A DNA stretch of 11,232 nt from the NCBI GenBank assembly GCA_964589775.1, contig CAZPUN010000049.1, positions 1 to 11,232 on the forward strand. Direction: 5' to 3'. This DNA comes from an uncultured archaeon. Lineage in GTDB: Archaea; Asgardarchaeota; Thorarchaeia; Thorarchaeales; CAZPUN01. The number at the start of each line of letters is the position of its first letter. Positions within the stretch are counted from its first letter, which is position 1. The notes under the pieces were generated by a model. It was not told the DNA's origin, did no database searches, and saw nothing but the letters and a program-made list of their open reading frames with translations. Both the position numbers and the translations under genes were made by a program. Below are positions 7,166-11,232 of this stretch, in pieces.

Positions 7166-7837
7166 TTGATAGATACTAAAAAGTTAGAAAAAATTGTAGG
7201 GCAAAAAATAAACGATATCTCATTGTATAGGTCTGTCTTTTTACTTCCTGCTTTTAATAAGAATGAAAATTATCAAAGATTAGAATTCCTTGGCGATACG
7301 ATTTTAGATATGATTTTCGCAAAATATCTGTTCTTTTTTGAGCCTAAGCTATCTGCACACGAGATGACTCAGATACGTTCAAAAATCGTAAAAGACAACC
7401 AATTGGCAAAATTTGGCTATAAAGTCGAGTTAGATAACTTTTTTGAAGGTAAGAGTAAAAAGATTCTAAATAATTCCATAATGGCGGATATCGTAGAGGC
7501 TTTGATAGCTGCTATCTATTTAGACCTCGGATTTGAGTATGCTTACGATTGGGTAATTAAACATATGAAATCAATAATTCTGGACGCTATCTCATCTCAC
7601 AACTTGATAGACCCTAAATCACAACTAAAAGAACTAATGAATAAGCGAGTTAATAAAGACCCGATTTTTATGGTTATCGAAAGCCGACAGATTGATGGAT
7701 ATTCATGGATTTATAAAGTAAAGGTTATTGCAGATCTTGGTTCTGGCAAAAAGGAAGCGATTGGTACAGGTCCAAATAAGAAAGCTGCAGAAAAAGATGC
7801 AGCTAAAAATTGGCTTGAGAAATATTATACGCACTGA
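7166..7837 (+). CDS. rnc: Ribonuclease III (RNase III domain plus C-terminal dsRBD)
   Basis: Signature YQRLEFLGDTILD (E40, D44) and second motif MADIVEALIAAIYLD (D108, E111). dsRBD DPKSQLKE...GTGPNKKAAEKDAA. TTG start preceded by SD-like ggggat (7155-7160). Confidence 0.95.
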   Translation: MIDTKKLEKIVGQKINDISLYRSVFLLPAFNKNENYQRLEFLGDTILDMIFAKYLFFFEPKLSAHEMTQIRSKIVKDNQLAKFGYKVELDNFFEGKSKKILNNSIMADIVEALIAAIYLDLGFEYAYDWVIKHMKSIILDAISSHNLIDPKSQLKELMNKRVNKDPIFMVIESRQIDGYSWIYKVKVIADLGSGKKEAIGTGPNKKAAEKDAAKNWLEKYYTH

Positions 7838-7839
7838 TA

Positions 7840-8928
7840 TTAATTTTTAACAAGTGCAGGCGAAACTTTGTAAATTATATTTTTAATTACCTGTATCTTT
7901 TCATTATCTATGATTCTATTATCATTATATTTTGATAGCTCATTATCAATTTGTAAGGTTATTTCTTTTATGAATTCAAAAATTCCAAAATTGGGCTTGT
8001 TTGAAACTATAACTGTAATAATTCCTGTTTTTTTACCCCAATTTATTATTATTGAGTTACTATATGTTATTATTTCATCAACCTTATCTACATTTAACAT
8101 TTCAGGGATCATATGTAAAATCGCATTTATTATGGCACCATGTTTTAAATCAACCTCTTTTCCAGAATCACTATATGAATATAGTATGTTGCCCCCTTTA
8201 TCTAATACAAGAAGTGTATTTATGTTAAATAGAAAATATGATGAAATCACATCACTTTTTCTTAATATAATGAATTCAAAAATGGCTCCGAAAGCTATTG
8301 CTGCTAAAAATGAAAATCCCATTCTAGATAAGATCTTAAATAAAGTTGAATCAATGGCTATAAATACTGACATAATAATGGATGATGTAATTCCAAATAA
8401 AATTTGAGTTATTATTTTTTGGGGCTTAATATTATTTTTTAATATGTCACGTGAGACCTTTATCATATATATCATAAAAATAATGAGAATTAAATTTGCA
8501 AGAACTCTTGATTCTATAGATATTTCCCATGGATATGGTATTTTTGAAGTTGAAAAAATCATAGGATGTGTAATAATCGAAAAAGTATATAGTCCCTCTA
8601 AGAACGAAAAAAATGATGTTGTTATTGTGGGTAATTTTGTGCTTTTTAGATAGCTGTAAAACAAAAATAGAATCATAAATCCATATATTGGTGTAATTCT
8701 TCCTAATAACCAGAAAATAAAGGATAATAGATCTTGTGAGCTTTCAATGAACATATATGATAAAAGCATAAAAACGCCTGAAAGTACCATCGATATGAAG
8801 AAAAATCCTAATATGCAATCTAATATTGATTTATTTTTCTTTCCCCTATGAATCAAAATATATGAATCTAATCCTGCGAAGATTATTGCAATGATCGATT
8901 CAAATATTACGACATAGAATTCTATCAT
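7840..8928 (-). CDS. Seven-TM membrane protein with C-terminal soluble longin/profilin-like fold domain
   Basis: Seven hydrophobic segments in residues ~1-225. Residues ~236-358 read INTLLVLDKGGNILYSYS...GAIINAILHMIPEML...VDEIITYSNSIIINWG...IITVIVSNK followed by two helices, matching the beta-beta-alpha-beta-beta-beta-alpha-alpha pattern of longin-like domains. Assignment is by eye. Confidence 0.65.
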   Translation of the reverse strand: MIEFYVVIFESIIAIIFAGLDSYILIHRGKKNKSILDCILGFFFISMVLSGVFMLLSYMFIESSQDLLSFIFWLLGRITPIYGFMILFLFYSYLKSTKLPTITTSFFSFLEGLYTFSIITHPMIFSTSKIPYPWEISIESRVLANLILIIFMIYMIKVSRDILKNNIKPQKIITQILFGITSSIIMSVFIAIDSTLFKILSRMGFSFLAAIAFGAIFEFIILRKSDVISSYFLFNINTLLVLDKGGNILYSYSDSGKEVDLKHGAIINAILHMIPEMLNVDKVDEIITYSNSIIINWGKKTGIITVIVSNKPNFGIFEFIKEITLQIDNELSKYNDNRIIDNEKIQVIKNIIYKVSPALVKN

Positions 8929-9024
8929 TAAGGCTCACAATCCAATTAATTCAATATTTTTTAATTGAATTTTATATTTTTGCAGTATTTAAAAAGTAAT
9001 ATGTATATATATACCTTATTAAAT

Positions 9025-9061
9025 TTGTGGGGGGCCATTTTTTGGCCTTTACTACCCACAA
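9025..9061 (-). terminator. GC-rich stem-loop just downstream of the Lrp gene (possible terminator or 3'-UTR structure)
   Basis: Outer stem ttgtggg (9025-9031)/cccacaa (9055-9061) and inner stem ggcca (9033-9037)/tggcc (9043-9047), embedded in very AT-rich DNA, 16 nt from the Lrp stop. Confidence 0.45.
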
Positions 9062-9077
9062 TTAAATAAAAATAAAG

Positions 9078-9542
9078 TTATAGGAATGACAGTGTGTCCT
9101 TGAAGTCTTCCATTACGAAGAAAGTCATTGTTCTATCAACCACTGGATTCAATCTGAGCTCTTTAACGATAAAGTCGTTAAGTTCTTTCATATCGCGTGC
9201 GCGTACTTTTAGTAGCACGTCCCATTCGCCGCTTATTACATGTGCTGATTGTACAAATGGAAGCTTTGCTAAGGACTTACACAATGTCTTTTGAGGATTA
9301 CGGTCGTTTTCTTCCTTATTTTGCATGGAAGTTCTGATCATAATGTATGCAAGTAGTGGCTTTCCGACTTTTTCAGCGTCAATGATCGCTGCATATCCCT
9401 TAATGATTCCATCTTTTTCAAGCTTTTTGATTCGTTTATGAGCGGTGGTAGTTGCAAGTTTGGAAGCTTTTGATATATCATTTAGTTTTGCACGACCATT
9501 ATCCTGCAAATACCTTAACAATTCAATATCTTTGTCGTCCAT
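9078..9542 (-). CDS. Lrp/AsnC family transcriptional regulator
   Basis: N-terminal HTH MDDKDIELLRYLQDNGRAKLNDIS...AHKRIKKLEKDGIIKGY and C-terminal RAM domain with HVISGEWDVLLKV. 154 aa. Confidence 0.95.
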   Translation of the reverse strand: MDDKDIELLRYLQDNGRAKLNDISKASKLATTTAHKRIKKLEKDGIIKGYAAIIDAEKVGKPLLAYIMIRTSMQNKEENDRNPQKTLCKSLAKLPFVQSAHVISGEWDVLLKVRARDMKELNDFIVKELRLNPVVDRTMTFFVMEDFKDTLSFL

Positions 9543-9565
9543 GTTTCTAGAAAAAATATTTTTGC

Positions 9566-9580
9566 TTAATAACGCTTTTC
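9566..9580 (-). promoter_or_regulatory. Putative BRE-TATA promoter of the Lrp gene (leaderless)
   Basis: Minus strand reads gaaaagcg-ttattaa. The TATA-like element lies 24-30 nt upstream of the ATG at 9542, with a purine-rich BRE-like segment before it. Confidence 0.5.
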
Positions 9581-9691
9581 ATTTATGAATTTTTTAACAA
9601 TTATAAATCTACAAGACAATAATTGAATTTAATTGGCAGATTTGGGATTTTATTACGTATTTATTCCAAGAAAAAATTTTTCATAAAATGC

Positions 9692-11032
9692 CTATTTATG
9701 GCTTTTTGAGCCGATTCCAATGAAAATTCCATCCCTAGCACGAATTATTTTAGCTCGTATGTGTTCTCCTAATTTTGCATGAGTATTAACTATGTGTATC
9801 AATCGATCTCTTGCTTTTCCGAACATAGTTCTTGGGCTTTCCGGCGATACTTTCATCCTTCCCGGTAAAACTATTTCAAGGTCTACATGTTCTCCATTTC
9901 TAAATGGAACTGGATATCGTTTTCTCTTATGAGTTCCGAAGTGTTTAGGTGTTAAAATCAAAGGTCGAACATTTGTTTCGTTTTCAAGTTCCCGGAGCGC
10001 TTCGTAGAACTCTTTCCATTGCATGGCTTTTACTTTGCGCACCTTTCTTCCAAAATGATGTATTTCGTATTTTTGTATCCCTAATGCAGGCCATCTTCCA
10101 CCAGCTCCTATTTCCTTTGCATATCGAATAATCGGGACCATGTCATTGTCATTAAAGCCCGGAACCCAAACAGGAGCTATTAGAAGTTCGATCCCTGAAT
10201 CTACAATGATTTTTGCTACTTCTAAAACATGTTCAAGATCATATTTGTTTGTTCCTGCAAGAATAGCCGCCGTGCGTGGATCTAAACTATTAATTGTTAA
10301 ATTAATCCGTGATAGTCCCGCATCTCTTAAACGCAAGATTCTCTTTTCATTTAATGGTATTCCATTGCTCTGTAATGAAATTATTTCCACATTTTTATGG
10401 GCAGATATGTATTCCACAAGATCTTCAAGTTCCGGATTTATACTTGGTTCTCCTTGTCCATCCAAATGTGCTTCTACACCTTTACCCTTGAAATCTGCAA
10501 GTTTATAAAACCATTCTGCAAGATACTCCGAATCTACAAAGTAATCGATCAATCGTGTTTTTGAGTACGGTCCTTCTCCCACTGAACAGAAAAGGCAATT
10601 TAATGGGCAGCCAGTAACTCCTCTCACTTGAATTAGGTTAGTTCCTCTATCTATTAATCCAAAATCTGCGATCCCTAAAAGTGGAATCTCCATGTCTTTA
10701 GTTATTCTTATCAATTTTCTTTTAGTAACAGCATTCTCAAGATTTTTTGCTAACATTTGTGATAAGACAGTTTGTGATACATTCTTTAAGCTTGATAGAT
10801 CTATCTGAATATCACTATGAACTATGATTTTCAATCTATGTGCTGATGGTATAATTTCAATTCTTGCGTTATATATTCCAAACGTGTTTTTTATGGCTCC
10901 AGCATACGCTTTTAACTTAATTTTTGAGGCGTAAAAATTCCTAATGACAACTCGAATATATTCTTCGTCTATCTGTTCAATACTTATTGCATCTTCTGGC
11001 ATGTCCGGAATTAAAACACCAAATCTTTTCAT
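9692..11032 (-). CDS. Archaeal radical SAM protein (COG2100-like) with probable C-terminal TRAM-like domain
   Basis: CxxxCxxC motif GCPLNCLFCSV preceded by IPLLG...FGLIDRGTNLIQVR; AHLDGQGEP; SLQSNG; C-terminal beta-rich ...AKLGEHIRAKIIRARDGIFIG. ATG at 11032 is preferred over TTG at 11044, but the start is uncertain. Confidence 0.85.
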   Translation of the reverse strand: MKRFGVLIPDMPEDAISIEQIDEEYIRVVIRNFYASKIKLKAYAGAIKNTFGIYNARIEIIPSAHRLKIIVHSDIQIDLSSLKNVSQTVLSQMLAKNLENAVTKRKLIRITKDMEIPLLGIADFGLIDRGTNLIQVRGVTGCPLNCLFCSVGEGPYSKTRLIDYFVDSEYLAEWFYKLADFKGKGVEAHLDGQGEPSINPELEDLVEYISAHKNVEIISLQSNGIPLNEKRILRLRDAGLSRINLTINSLDPRTAAILAGTNKYDLEHVLEVAKIIVDSGIELLIAPVWVPGFNDNDMVPIIRYAKEIGAGGRWPALGIQKYEIHHFGRKVRKVKAMQWKEFYEALRELENETNVRPLILTPKHFGTHKRKRYPVPFRNGEHVDLEIVLPGRMKVSPESPRTMFGKARDRLIHIVNTHAKLGEHIRAKIIRARDGIFIGIGSKSHK

Positions 11033-11135
11033 ATCATTATACAAACAAAAATTCTAATTTTATAAATGAACTGATTGTTACCGTCTCAAGTCATCATAAG
11101 ATTTATTGCTTTCTATTTTCTTCTTTTCAAAAGTA

Positions 11136-11142
11136 GAGGTGA
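11136..11142 (+). promoter_or_regulatory. Shine-Dalgarno sequence GAGGTGA
   Basis: Typical archaeal SD motif 6 nt upstream of the GTG at 11149. Confidence 0.75.
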
Positions 11143-11148
11143 ATTCTT

Positions 11149-11232
11149 GTGGAGTTCGAAACTATCAAATATGAATTGAAAGATAAGGTCGCAATTATTA
11201 CTATAAATAGACCCAAGAAATATAATGCTCTT
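11149..11232 (+). CDS. Enoyl-CoA hydratase/isomerase (crotonase) family protein, 5' fragment running off the right edge
   Basis: Not in the ORF track. The GTG start with strong SD translates as MEFETIKYELKDKVAIITINRPKKYNAL, containing the crotonase N-terminal motif 'AxITxNRPxxxNAL'. Confidence 0.85.
   Translation, partial: MEFETIKYELKDKVAIITINRPKKYNAL

Noticed and set aside
7840-8928. Rhodopsin call for the 7TM protein
   Set aside because: No retinal-binding lysine motif (DxxxK or SxxxK) is evident within the seventh hydrophobic segment.
7910-10508. Plus-strand ORFs 7910-8407, 8444-8653, 9094-9294, 9949-10131, 10140-10508 and 10309-10491
   Set aside because: Shadows of the minus-strand 7TM, Lrp and radical SAM genes; their composition reflects the reverse complement of those codons.

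Overview
AT-rich archaeal chromosomal segment, probably from an Asgard archaeon. This is an inference from a 7TM plus longin-like fusion, an archaeal-type Lhr, a COG2100-like radical SAM, an Lrp regulator and TATA boxes about 25 nt upstream of start codons. Left to right: 3'-truncated Lhr-associated-type metallophosphoesterase (-, missed by the ORF track); an orphan protein with a possible PD-(D/E)xK-like head and a 42-bp tandem-repeat coiled-coil tail (-); ABC-2-type ATPase and permease (+); Lhr helicase followed in the same reading frame by RNase III-dsRBD (+); 7TM-longin-like protein (-); Lrp/AsnC regulator (-); radical SAM-TRAM protein (-); and the start of a crotonase-family gene (+, missed by the ORF track). 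The most striking signal is the lhr-rnc pair, a split 'helicase + RNase III + dsRBD' arrangement. Its RNase III lacks the acidic residues equivalent to E. coli E38 and E65 and carries the YQRLEFLGD signature seen in Dicer RNase IIIb domains. No CRISPR array, rRNA, tRNA or transposase was recognised.
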